Assembly (NCBI GenBank): GCA_963740495.1
Contig: CAVUEK010000006.1
Location: 604,474-668,473 of the forward strand
From: an uncultured delta proteobacterium
Lineage (GTDB): Bacteria; Myxococcota_A; Polyangia; Polyangiales; CAVUEK01
Reading direction: 5' to 3'
DNA: 64,000 nt
The position numbers and the translations under genes are program-made. Position 1 is the stretch's first letter; the number at the start of each line of letters is the position of its first letter. Below, in pieces: positions 1 to 9,910 of this stretch. The notes beneath the pieces are model-generated. The model was given only the letters and a program-made list of their open reading frames with translations. It did not search any database and had not been told where the DNA came from.

Positions 1-1282
1 GCTCCGCGGACAGCTGGTCGACGGAGTCATCACGCGCGACCGCGTCGATCTCCTTCGCCGACGGGCGCAAGGCCGGCGCCTCATCCAGCGCGCCGAGACC
101 CTCCCGTCGCTCCTCGCGCGTGCCCGCCGCATCGCCGCGCGCACGTTCGTAGGGCTCGTCGGCGAAGAGCGGCTCGAGGTATGGCGCCGCGTGCTCGGGC
201 TCCCCTCGCCCGCGCCCGTGGACGTCGTCGACGCTCGCTCGTTCTCGCGCCCGGAGCCGCCGTCAGCCGTCCCGCTCGTCTACAAGCGCCTCTTCGTCGC
301 CGATACGCTCGAGGCTGCGGACGTTCTCACCGGTCGTGAAGCCGCGATCGAGCGCGCGAAGCGCGCATTGAGCGGAAAGACGGCGGGACGGCTTCGATCG
401 GTCGCGCTGGTCGGTCAGGACGGCGTGGGCAAAGGCGCGCTCTCGGCTGCGATCGTGCGCAGCCTCGGGTTCCGGGGCGTTCGACGCGTATCGTTCGACC
501 GGCCGGTCACTCGCGAGGCGATCGACGAAGCGTTCATCGACAGGCAGGACGGTCAGCTCTTCGTCGTCTCGGGCTTCCACTGGATCGTCGCGATGCGCAT
601 CGGCGGCTTCGAAGCTCTCAGCCACTTCGTCGACCGAGTGATCCGGGACGAGGGCCGAAACGCGTGGCTCGTGCACGCAGATCACCTGGTCTGGGACGTC
701 GCTTGTCAGGCCGCGCCCGTCGCCGACGCGTTCCCGGCGATCATCCGAGTCGAGACGCTCGGAGCGGCCGAGCTCGAGGCGGCCGTGCTCGCGCGCCACG
801 CGCTCAGCGGCTACGGGCTCAACTTCGAGCCTCGCACCGAGCGGACGCGGCTCGAAGAGATCTTCGCGCGCGGGGCGAGCCGCATCCGACGACCGTACGA
901 GAGCTTCTTCCGCTCGCTTCACACGGCGTCGGGGGGCCTGGTCCGCGACGCGCTCCGGCTCTGGCTCGCGTCCATCGACGAGGTCAACGAAGCAGCCGAC
1001 TTCGTGCGCGTCGGTGCCGTCCCGTCGTCGCCGCATGCGGCGCTCCGGCGTCTCCCCGAGGACGTGCTGCTCAATCTCTACCAGGTGGCCCGGCAGGGCT
1101 GGATGGACGCCACGGTGCAGGCGCAGCTCTATCGAGTCGACCCGACGACCGCCGAGGCGCAGCTCTCTCGCCTCGTCCACATGGGCTTGCTCGAGCCTCG
1201 CGAGCACGGGGCGTACCGGATCCCGGCGCACCTCCGCGGTCCGGTGTACCGCGTGCTATGCGAGAGAGGCTGGGTGCAATGA
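1..1282 (+). CDS. Hypothetical P-loop (GQDGVGKG) ATPase-like protein with C-terminal winged-helix-like region; 5' partial (frame open to window start)
   Basis: ORF 191..1282 is open upstream to nt 2 in the same frame. Walker-A-like VALVGQDGVGKGALSAAI. High GC3 codon usage. Confidence 0.45.
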   Translation, partial: LRGQLVDGVITRDRVDLLRRRAQGRRLIQRAETLPSLLARARRIAARTFVGLVGEERLEVWRRVLGLPSPAPVDVVDARSFSRPEPPSAVPLVYKRLFVADTLEAADVLTGREAAIERAKRALSGKTAGRLRSVALVGQDGVGKGALSAAIVRSLGFRGVRRVSFDRPVTREAIDEAFIDRQDGQLFVVSGFHWIVAMRIGGFEALSHFVDRVIRDEGRNAWLVHADHLVWDVACQAAPVADAFPAIIRVETLGAAELEAAVLARHALSGYGLNFEPRTERTRLEEIFARGASRIRRPYESFFRSLHTASGGLVRDALRLWLASIDEVNEAADFVRVGAVPSSPHAALRRLPEDVLLNLYQVARQGWMDATVQAQLYRVDPTTAEAQLSRLVHMGLLEPREHGAYRIPAHLRGPVYRVLCERGWVQ

Positions 1283-2440
1283 CGGCGCGATGCTCACGTA
1301 CGCTCGTGGACCGTGTCGCGCTCGCCCCGTTCGGCGCGGTCTCGACGCTCGCGCTCGCGCTCGCGCTCCACCCGGCGAGCGCCGCGGCCCAGGACGCGGG
1401 AACGATGGACGGCGGCGTCGTGAGCCCGGCCGACGCCGGCGCGCTCGACGGCGCGCCGCGCGACGCCGGCGGAATCCGATGCGGGCGACGCCATCCCCGA
1501 AGCAGGGGTCCCCCCCGACGCGATACCACTGACCGCTACCGACGCCGGGCCGCAGCGCGACGCGGGACCGAACGTCATCGTGGTCGTCACACCCGGACAG
1601 ACGCCTCCCGGCGCTTCCGAGCGAGAGCAGCCATCCGAGAACAGGAAGCCGCCGGGCGCAGGCAAGACGGACTTGGACTGGCTCGCGGGGCTCCCCGAGG
1701 GCCGATGGAGCGCGTTCGGTCTCGTCGTGCTCGTGCTCTTCGCGCTCGTGCTCGCTGGCGTCGCGCGGCGCGCGCGCGAAGCGCTCCCGTCCGAGGGTGC
1801 GCTGCCGACGCTCGTCGGCCTCGTCCACATCGGGTTTCAGCTCGTCGTCGTCCTCACGTCGCTCGCGATCGTCGCGCGGCTCCTGCCGGCATCGGTCGAG
1901 CCCGTGGTTCCGTGGGCGCTCGTCGCCGGAGCGGTCGCGGTCGGCTGGTCGGCGCGCGAGCTCTTGCCGGATCTCGTCGGGGCGCTCGTCATCGCGTTCG
2001 AGAGACGCGTCCGACCCGGAACGTGGGTGTCGGGTCTCGGATTCGCGGGACTCGTCGAGCGGCGCGGGCTCCGCGCCGTGTGGATCCGTGACGGGCACGG
2101 GAACCGGCTCGCCGTTCCGAATCGTCACGTCGTCGGGACGACGGTGACGATGCAGCTCGGCGGGGGTCCGGTGCACGAGGTCGCGCTGCGCCTTCGAACC
2201 GGACGGCCGGCGCGCGACGTTCGCAAGGCGCTGCGGGAGGCGACGTTGATCTCCCCATGGGTTCGCCCCGAAGCAGCTCCCCAGATCCGCCAAGATGGAA
2301 GCGACCCGGAGCTCTGGCACGTTCGCGCGCACCTGCTGGAGATGCGCTACGCCGCGGCGTTCGAGGGTGATTTGCTCGAGCGAGCCGAGGAGTCTCTCGC
2401 CGCGGCCGCGGCTCTCCGAGCGGCCGAGGACTGGGACTGA
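1279..2440 (+). CDS. MscS-family mechanosensitive channel with signal peptide and DAG-rich periplasmic N-terminus; apparent frameshift near 1465-1475
   Basis: ORF 1580..2440 has 3 TM helices followed by an MscS beta-domain (GTWVSGLGFAGLVERRGLRAVWIRDGHGNRLAVPNRHVVGTTVTM). ATG 1279 (ATGA overlap with upstream stop) encodes a signal peptide and DAG repeats in frame +1. The repeats continue in frame +2 after about nt 1470. Confidence 0.6.
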
Positions 2441-2442
2441 CG

Positions 2443-3465
2443 TTGCTGCTCACCGATCGGTGGCCCGACCTCGCGGGGCTCCCTCGCGTGTCGATCGCGA
2501 CCTTGCCGACGCGTGTCGTGCCGCTCGCCGCGACATCTCGTCGCGTCGGGTCGAACGTGACGTGCAAGCGCGACGACGAGACCGCGCTTCCGTACGGCGG
2601 CAACAAGGTCCGCAAGCTCGAGTGGCTCATCGGCGAGGCGTTGGCGCGCGACGCGCGCGCGATCGTCACCGTCGGCGCGGAGGGATCGCATCACGTCCTC
2701 GCGACCGCGCTATACGCGAAGCAGAACGGGCTCGCCGTCCACGCGGTGCTCTTTCCACAGCCGCGTACGCCGCACGTCGAAGAGGTGCTCCGCGCCGACG
2801 CACTCGCGGGCGCGACCCTCCATCGCGCGAGCAGCGCGATCACTGCAGCCGCCGTGATCGCACGGGTCGTCGCGAAGCTCCGCGTCGGCGGCGCGAGGCC
2901 GTACGTCGTCCCGCCGGGCGGCTCGTCGCCCGTCGGCGCCGTCGGGTACGTGGAGGCAGGCCTCGAGATCGGCAGCGCGATCGACGCGCGCGCGGTCGAG
3001 GAGCCCGACGCGATCTTCGTCGCGGCCGGAAGCGGCGGAACCGCGGTCGGCCTCGCGATCGGGCTCGCCGCGTTCGGTCTCGTCACCCGTGTCGTCGCGG
3101 TGCGGGTGACGAGCCGGCTCGCGATCCACCGCTCGCGTGTCGAACGGATGACGCGGGCGACGGTCGCGCGCCTCTGCGCGGTCGACCCGCGCTTCCCGTC
3201 CGTCGCCGACATCGCCGCGAGCCGGATCGCGATCGATGCATCGATGCGCGGCCCCGCCTACGGTGCTCCGGTCGCCGAGGGCACGATCGCCACGCGTCTC
3301 GCCGCGGAGGACGGCATCACGCTCGACCCCACCTACACGGCCAAGGCGTTCGCGGCCATGCTCGCCGCCGCGCGGCGCAAGGAAGCCGGCAAGCGCTGCA
3401 TGTTCCTCTCGACGCTGAGCTCGGCGGACATGGCCCCGCTTCTCCGCGAGCCGACCGACCGGTGA
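2443..3465 (+). CDS. PLP-dependent ACC deaminase / D-cysteine desulfhydrase family protein
   Basis: GGNKVRKLEWLIGEA motif and typical fold length (340 aa). TTG start 2 nt after the MscS stop. Confidence 0.75.
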   Translation: MLLTDRWPDLAGLPRVSIATLPTRVVPLAATSRRVGSNVTCKRDDETALPYGGNKVRKLEWLIGEALARDARAIVTVGAEGSHHVLATALYAKQNGLAVHAVLFPQPRTPHVEEVLRADALAGATLHRASSAITAAAVIARVVAKLRVGGARPYVVPPGGSSPVGAVGYVEAGLEIGSAIDARAVEEPDAIFVAAGSGGTAVGLAIGLAAFGLVTRVVAVRVTSRLAIHRSRVERMTRATVARLCAVDPRFPSVADIAASRIAIDASMRGPAYGAPVAEGTIATRLAAEDGITLDPTYTAKAFAAMLAAARRKEAGKRCMFLSTLSSADMAPLLREPTDR

Positions 3466-3481
3466 TCTTCCCGGGGGGCAC

Positions 3482-4539
3482 CTACTCGGACGCGTCCGGG
3501 CCCGTCCAGCGAGCGAGCTCGCCCGTGACGATGCGCGGCGCGCTCTGCAGATCCGCGACCGTACGGCTGCCCGTCAGCAGCATGACGGCCCGGAGCTGGG
3601 ACTCGACGCGGTCGAGGAACGCCGCGGCCGCGGCCTCGCCGCCGGCGGCGAGCGCCTTGTAGACGTTGCGCGCGATGCCGGCGCACGTGGCGCCGAGCGC
3701 GATCGCGCGGGCGACGTCGAGGCCGTGGCGGATCCCACCGGTGGCGATGACCTTCACGTCCTCGCGCACGGAAAGCACGACGGACGCCGCCGTCGGGATC
3801 CCCCAGTCCCAGAGCAGCGTGCCGAGCTCGCGCGCATCCCCGTCGGCTCGGAGCGTCTCGACGCCGACCCAGCTCGTCCCGCCGGCGCCGGAGACGTCGA
3901 TGACGCGAACGCCCACGGCGCGGAGCTTTCGCGCGGTCTCGCCGGAGACGCCGTTGCCCGTCTCCTTCGCGATCACGGGCACCGAGAGCTCGCTGCACAA
4001 GCGCGCGAACGTGTCGACGCCGCCGCGGAAGTCGCGGTCGCCGCCCGGCTGCACGAGCTCCATCGCCGGGTTCATGTGCACGCAGAGCGCGTCGGCCGAT
4101 ACCTCTCGGACGAGATCGTCGATCGCCGCGGTCGAGAGGTCGCGCGCCTGCACGACACCCACGTTCCCGAAGACGAGCGTCGTCGGCGCGTGCTCCCGCA
4201 CCGCGTACGTCCACGCGGACTCCGGGCGCTTCTGCATGGCGCGTTGGCTGCCGAGCCCGAAAGCATAGCCGCGCGCTTCGGCGAGCCGCGCGAGGGTCGT
4301 GTTGACCTCGGCGGCGCGGTCGGTCCCGCCGGTCATCCCCGCGATCACGATCGGGGCTCGGAGCTTCTTGCCGAGCAGGTGAACGCTCGTGTCGAGATCC
4401 TCGAGCGCGAGGTCGGGCAGCGACTGATGCACGAGGCGCACGTCCTCGAGGAGGGTCGTCCGATCCTTGAACGCGACCTCGTCGGTCGCGCACAGGTCGA
4501 GGTGGTCGACCTTGCGCTTCTCGAATCTCGCTCGTCATG
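3482..4539 (-). CDS. fni: Type 2 isopentenyl-diphosphate delta-isomerase (FMN-dependent IDI-2); frame discontinuity within first about 25 nt
   Basis: VHQSLPDLALEDLD...IAGMTGG...VIAKETGNGVS...ATGGIRHGLDVARAIALGA match IDI-2. Conserved N-terminus EKRKVDHLDL is in frame but lacks a start. The ATG at 4539 (MTSEIR) is offset by 1 nt. Confidence 0.8.
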
Positions 4540-4697
4540 CGCGGCGGAACGTACGCGGGAAGGCAGGGACCGGCAAACCCCGACGGGCCGGCGGGGAGAT
4601 GGCTCCGGCCCCCTTGACCGCCTCGGGCCGGTCGCCCATCTTCCCGCGTTCCCCGGCGGTTTCGTGCCGGCTCCACGGGGCACACGCACCACGAACG

Positions 4698-5714
4698 ATG
4701 ACACTCGGTTCGACGGACGAGCTACGCCTGATGGTCGAGAATCGACTGCGGTCGTTCCTCGCCGACAAGCGCAGCGAGGCCGAGCGCTCCTCGGCGGAGT
4801 CGATCGAGCTCGTCGATCAGGTAGCGACGCTCACGATGCGAGGCGGCAAGCGCTTGCGGCCGATCGTCATCGCCGCCGCCTATCGGGCCGTCCGCCCGGG
4901 CGGCGACCTGTCGGACGTCATCGACGCCGGCGCGAGCATCGAGCTCTTGCAGAGCTACCTCTTGATCCACGACGACTGGATGGATCTCGACGACGAGCGG
5001 CGCGGAGGGCCGTCGGTCTACGCCGCGCTGCGCGAGCTCCACGGACACGCGCACCTCGGCGCCTCGCTCGCGGTGCTCGCCGGCGACCTCGCCTCCGCGT
5101 ATGCGTCCGAGCTGATCACGCGCGCGCCGTTCCCCGTGGCGCGGCGTGAGATGGCCCTCGATTCGTTCTGGGAGATGCAGCGCGAGGTCTTCTTCGGACA
5201 GCAGCTCGACCTCGTCGCGAGCTCGGACGTCGAGCGCGTCTACGACCTCAAGACCGCGAGCTATACCGTCCGCGGTCCCGCCCGCATCGGCGCGTTCCTC
5301 GGCGGCGCGGACGAAGCGGCCCTCGACGTGCTCGCGCGGTGGTCTCGACCGATCGGGATCGCGTTCCAGCTCCGCGACGAGATCCTCGGCACGTTCGGCG
5401 ACCCCCGAACGACCGGAAAGCCCGCAGGCAACGATCTCCGCGCCGGCAAGCTCACGACTCTCGTCGTCGAGGCGCGCCGCGCGCTCTCGAACGGCGAGCG
5501 CGCCCCGCTCGAGGCCGTCTTCGGACAGGCCAGCGCGACGAGCGAAGACGTCGCGCGCGCGATCGAGCTGCTCGTTCGCGCGGGCGTGCGCGCGAAGGTC
5601 CAGACGCGGCTCGACGAGCTCGTCGCCGAGTCGAATGCTGCGCTCGCGGACGCCGCGTTCGACACTAGCGAGATCGGCGCGATCGGCGGGCTCCTCGTCG
5701 ATCGGAGCCACTGA
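4698..5714 (+). CDS. Polyprenyl diphosphate synthase (FPP/GGPP synthase family) with degenerate second Asp-rich motif
   Basis: FARM LIHDDWMDLDDERRGGPSVY present. SARM region reads FQLRDEILGTFGD instead of DDxxD. GKxxGxDLxxGKxT motif present. Divergent from idi-2. Confidence 0.8.
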   Translation: MTLGSTDELRLMVENRLRSFLADKRSEAERSSAESIELVDQVATLTMRGGKRLRPIVIAAAYRAVRPGGDLSDVIDAGASIELLQSYLLIHDDWMDLDDERRGGPSVYAALRELHGHAHLGASLAVLAGDLASAYASELITRAPFPVARREMALDSFWEMQREVFFGQQLDLVASSDVERVYDLKTASYTVRGPARIGAFLGGADEAALDVLARWSRPIGIAFQLRDEILGTFGDPRTTGKPAGNDLRAGKLTTLVVEARRALSNGERAPLEAVFGQASATSEDVARAIELLVRAGVRAKVQTRLDELVAESNAALADAAFDTSEIGAIGGLLVDRSH

Positions 5715-5724
5715 CGGTCGGCCC

Positions 5725-6630
5725 GTGGCGTTCGGGCGCGGCAAGCTGATCCTCCTCGGCGAGCACGCGGTCGTGCACGGCCGGCCTGCCCTCGCGTGCG
5801 GGATCGAGCGCGGCGCGCACGCGACGGCGGTCGCGGCGGATGCCCCTTCGCTCCTCGTCGAGCCTTGGGGAGTCGACGTCGCGCCCGATCCGTCGAGCGA
5901 CGTGGAGCTCGCGCGCGCGTTCGACGCGGCGCTCTCGAGCTACGACGAGAGGCCGAGCGTGCGCGTCTCGGTCGAGGTGGACCTCCCTGGAGGCGCGGGC
6001 CTCGGATGCTCGGCGGCGATCGGCGTGGCGGTGCTCTCGGCGATCGACGAGGCGATCGGAGCGACGCGCACGCCCGATGCGATCGCAGATGCGTCGATCG
6101 CATGGGAGCGGGTGTTCCACGGCAATCCGTCGGGAGTGGACGGCGCGATGGCGGCGTGCGGCGGCGTCGCCGTGTTTCGTCGCGGCGAGCCCCTCGAGCG
6201 CATCACGCCGAAGAAGGCGCTCACGCTCGTCGTCGGCCACAGCGGCGAGGCACCGAGCACGCGCGAGATGGTCGAGAGCGTCGCCCGGCAGCTCGCCCGC
6301 GCGCCGGAGCGCGTCGAAGAGGTGTTCGACGGGATCGCCGCGCTCGTGCAGAACGGCCGTTTCGCGGTCGTCGCGGGCGACCACGAGCACCTCGGCCAGC
6401 TCATGAACCTCGACCAGACGCTGCTCAACGCGCTCCTTCTGTCGACGGCGCGCCTCGAAGAGCTCTGCTCGGTCGCGCGCATCGCCGGCGCGCTCGGCGC
6501 GAAGCTCACCGGCGGCGGGGGCGGCGGATGCATGATCGCGCTCGTCGCGGATCGGGATGCCGCGGCGCCGGTCGTCGCGGCGCTCGAGGCGCTCGACGCG
6601 AGCCCGTTCGTCGCGGAGGTGCGGGGGTGA
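5725..6630 (+). CDS. mvk: Mevalonate kinase (GHMP kinase)
   Basis: GKLILLGEHAVV N-terminal motif. GHMP motif PGGAGLGCSAA. GTG start 5725. Stop overlaps next gene (GTGA). Confidence 0.85.
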   Translation: MAFGRGKLILLGEHAVVHGRPALACGIERGAHATAVAADAPSLLVEPWGVDVAPDPSSDVELARAFDAALSSYDERPSVRVSVEVDLPGGAGLGCSAAIGVAVLSAIDEAIGATRTPDAIADASIAWERVFHGNPSGVDGAMAACGGVAVFRRGEPLERITPKKALTLVVGHSGEAPSTREMVESVARQLARAPERVEEVFDGIAALVQNGRFAVVAGDHEHLGQLMNLDQTLLNALLLSTARLEELCSVARIAGALGAKLTGGGGGGCMIALVADRDAAAPVVAALEALDASPFVAEVRG

Positions 6631-7631
6631 AGGCGCAGAAGCGCCGGACCGCCGTCCCGGGAACAGGTCACGCCCGAGCGCGCGCCAACATCGCGCTCGC
6701 CAAGTACTGGGGCAAGCTCGACACGAAGCTCAACCTGCCCGCAGTACCGAGCATCTCGATGACGCTCGACCGGCTGGTCACCGACACGCGGGTGACGCTC
6801 GACGCGCGGCTAGCGACGGATCGCGTTCGCCTCGACGGACACACCGCGCGGGGCGAGACCGCGCGTCGCGCGATGGAGCTGCTCGATCGCGTACGGCGGC
6901 GCGCCGGGTCGGACGTTCACGCGCGCGTCGAGAGCGAGAACCGGTTTCCCACGGCGTCCGGTCTCGCATCGAGCGCATCCGGCTTCGCCGCTCTGGCCGC
7001 GGCGGCATGTCAGGCGTACGGGGTGCGCGCTGGAGACGCGGAGCTCAGCCGCATGGCACGCCAATCGAGCGCCTCGGCGGCGCGCTCGATCTTCGGCGGG
7101 TTCGCCGAGCTTCCGGCGGGGACGCGTGGCAACGACCGGCTCGCCGCACGCCGGCTCCACGACGAGGCCCACTGGGACGTGCGCCTCGTGGTCGCGCTCA
7201 CGACCCACGGGAAGAAGGCGGTCGGCTCGACCGAGGGCATGGAGCGCTCGCGTGCGACGTCGCCGCTCTACGACGCCTGGGTGGAGCGCGCGCCCGAGCT
7301 CGCCGCGCGCGTGCGGCGCGGCCTCGCGCGGCGCGACCTCGTCCTCGTCGGCGAGGCGATGGAACAGAGCACGATGGCGTTCCACGCGTGCGCGCTCTCC
7401 GCGCGCCCGGGCATCCTCTATTTCCTCCCGGCGACGATCGCCCTCCTCCACGAGGTGCGGGCCCTGCGGGATCGCGGAATCCCGGTCTACGCCACGATGG
7501 ACGCCGGCCCGCACGTGAAGGCGCTCTGTCACGCCCGCGACGCTTCGCGCGTGCAACGTGCGTTGCGCTCCGTCGCCGGGGTGACCGGCACGTTGCTCGC
7601 TCGGCCGGGGCGCGGCGTCGAGGTGACCTGA
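6627..7631 (+). CDS. mvaD: Diphosphomevalonate decarboxylase
   Basis: NIALAKYWGK, TASGLASSASGFAALA and YATMDAGPHVKALC motifs. GTG start overlapping the mvk stop. Confidence 0.85.
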   Translation: MKAQKRRTAVPGTGHARARANIALAKYWGKLDTKLNLPAVPSISMTLDRLVTDTRVTLDARLATDRVRLDGHTARGETARRAMELLDRVRRRAGSDVHARVESENRFPTASGLASSASGFAALAAAACQAYGVRAGDAELSRMARQSSASAARSIFGGFAELPAGTRGNDRLAARRLHDEAHWDVRLVVALTTHGKKAVGSTEGMERSRATSPLYDAWVERAPELAARVRRGLARRDLVLVGEAMEQSTMAFHACALSARPGILYFLPATIALLHEVRALRDRGIPVYATMDAGPHVKALCHARDASRVQRALRSVAGVTGTLLARPGRGVEVT

Positions 7632-7632
7632 C

Positions 7633-8610
7633 GTGATCGGCACCAGCGCGCCCGGAAAGCTGATGATCGCAGGCGAGTACTCGGTACTCTCGGGTGGCTG
7701 GGCGCTCGTGACCGCCGTTCCGCGGCGGGCGCGCGCAACGCTCCACCGCCCGGCCGCGGAAGGCGACGGCTCGACCGGGCCCGCGCACGGCTCGCCGGAT
7801 GAAGCGCGCCTGCCGCCCGAAGCCCTGCTAGCTCGAACGCTGGCCGAGCGAGCGCTCGGCGCGACGCGAGGCGCCATGACGATCGACGTGTCCGAGCTCC
7901 GAGGTGATGGGCGAAAGCTCGGCCTCGGCTCGTCGTCTGCGGCCGCCGCCGCATCCGCCGCGTTGGTCTTCGCCGCTCACGGGCGCGACCCGTCGCACGA
8001 CGGCGACCGGGGGCAGATCCTCGATCTCGCGCTCGAGGCGCATCGCTCGGTCTCGCCGCGTGGGAGCGGAGCCGATGTCGCCGCCGCCGTCCTCGGGGGG
8101 ACGGTCGCATGGAGGCGCACCGGCGCGCGTCACGAGTCGAGGCGGGTCGCGTGGCCCTCGAGCGTCGAGATGCGCGTCGTCTGGACCGGCGTCGAGGCGC
8201 GGACGAGCGCGCTCGTCGAGAAGGTCGATGCGTACGCGGTGCGGGATCCCGCCGCCCACGAGCGCGACGTGAGCGCGATCGATGCCGCTGCAGACGCGCT
8301 CGTCCACGCGCTCGACGAGGGAAACGTCTCCGCTCTCGCGGATGCAGTGCGCGAGCACGCTCACGCGATGGAAGCGCTCGGCCGCAACGCGGGCGCTCCG
8401 ATCGTCGAAGACCGCCTCGCGGAGATCGGACGAATCGCCGACGCACACGGCGGCGCCGCGAAGCCGTCGGGCGCGGGCGGTGGCGACGTAGCGATCGCGT
8501 TCTTCGGCGACATCACCGCCGCGCGAGACTTCGAGGCCGCATGCGCGGGCCGTGGTTTCGACCTACTCTCCCTTCCGCCCGGCGCGGACGGCGTCCGGCT
8601 CGGGCCCTGA
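7633..8610 (+). CDS. Phosphomevalonate kinase (GHMP family)
   Basis: APGKLMIAGEYSVL, GLGSSSAAAAASAA and SGAGGGDVAIAF motifs. Position between mvaD and HMGR. Confidence 0.8.
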   Translation: MIGTSAPGKLMIAGEYSVLSGGWALVTAVPRRARATLHRPAAEGDGSTGPAHGSPDEARLPPEALLARTLAERALGATRGAMTIDVSELRGDGRKLGLGSSSAAAAASAALVFAAHGRDPSHDGDRGQILDLALEAHRSVSPRGSGADVAAAVLGGTVAWRRTGARHESRRVAWPSSVEMRVVWTGVEARTSALVEKVDAYAVRDPAAHERDVSAIDAAADALVHALDEGNVSALADAVREHAHAMEALGRNAGAPIVEDRLAEIGRIADAHGGAAKPSGAGGGDVAIAFFGDITAARDFEAACAGRGFDLLSLPPGADGVRLGP

Positions 8611-8612
8611 CC

Positions 8613-9888
8613 ATGGCTACCTCGCGATTTCCAGGCTTCTACAAGCTCTCGCTCGCCGAGCGACGCGCGCTCGCCGCCGAGGCCCGGGGCATCTCCGCCG
8701 CCGAGATAGAGCGCACCTTCTCGGACGGCGGGCTCGACTGCGCGACGGCCGACAAGATGATCGAGAACGTGATCGGGACCTACGGGCTCCCGTTCGCGCT
8801 CGGGCTGAACGTGCGAATGAACGGTGACGACCACCTGGCACCGATGGTCGTGGAGGAGCCCTCTGTCGTCGCTGCGGCCGGCAACGCCGCGAAGATGATC
8901 CGCGAAGGCGGCGGCTTCACCGCCGAGGCCGACGAAGCGATCATGATCGCGCAGGTGCAGCTCGACGGCGTGCCCGATGCCGCCGCCGCGCGAGACGCGG
9001 TCGAGCGGGCGTGCGACGAGCTGCTCGCGCGCGCTGACGCGTCGGTCCCGAACCTCGTCGCGCGTGGCGGCGGAGCGCGCTCGCTCGAGGTGCGCGACGT
9101 CGGCGATGGGATCGTCGTCGTGCACATTCACGTGGATTGTCGCGATGCGATGGGCGCGAACCTCGTCAACACCGTCGCCGAAGCCGTCGCCGATCGCGTC
9201 GCCGAGCTCGCGCGCGGAACCGTGGGCCTGCGGATCGTCTCGAACCTGAGCGATCGCCGGCGCGTGCGCGTGCACGCGCGCGTGCCCGTCGCAGCGCTCG
9301 TCCATGCCGGAGAAAGCGGCGACGGTGTCCGCGACGCGATCGTGCGCGCCTCGCGCTTCGCGGAGCGCGACCCGTACCGCGCCGCGACGCACAACAAGGG
9401 CATCGATGAACGGCGTCGACGCGGTCGTCGTCGCCACCGGCAACGATTGGCGCGCCGTCGAGGCAGGTGCGCACGCGTACGCCGCGCGCAACGGCCGCTA
9501 CGAGCCGCTCTGCACGTTCCGAGTCGCCGAGGACGGAGCGCTCGCCGGCTCGCTCGAGATGCCGCTCGCGCTCGGAACCGTCGGCGGCCCCACGCGCGTC
9601 CACCCGGGCGCGCGCCTCGCGATCGAGCTCGCCGGCGTTACGAGCGCGCGCGAGCTAGCCATGCTCGCCGGCTGCGTCGGCCTCGCCTCGAGCCTCGCCG
9701 CCCTCCGCGCCCTCGCGACCGTCGGCATCCAGCGCGGCCACATGGCCCTCCACGCCCGCAGCGTCGCCAGCGCCGCCGGCGCCCGCGGCCCCCTCGTCGA
9801 GGTCGTCGCCGCGGCCATTCACCAAGCCGGCACCATCACCCTCGAAGCGGCGCAGGTCGTGCTCGCCGACATGCGGGTCTTGGGATGA
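8613..9888 (+). pseudogene. mvaA: Class II HMG-CoA reductase, interrupted by a 1-nt insertion at about 9405 (between ...ATHNKGI and [27 protein letters not shown])
   Basis: N-terminal 265 aa in frame 0 (MATSRFPGFYKLSLAERR...HNKGI). C-terminal 160 aa in frame +1 (MNGVDAVV...). DNA reads aag ggc atc g atg aac ggc. Confidence 0.8.
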
Positions 9889-9910
9889 TGCGATCCGCCG
9901 GTCGCGCTCT

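Noticed and set aside
2295-5149. Overlapping long ORFs 2295..3662 (+), 3333..4685 (-), 3725..5149 (+)
   Set aside because: Overlap the ACC-deaminase-family, idi-2 and polyprenyl synthase genes in alternative frames. Products are Arg/Pro-rich with no motifs.
5796-7631. 611-aa ORF starting at 5796
   Set aside because: Only the portion from GTG 6627 is the decarboxylase. The upstream 830 nt overlaps mevalonate kinase in another frame and translates to RRA-rich junk.
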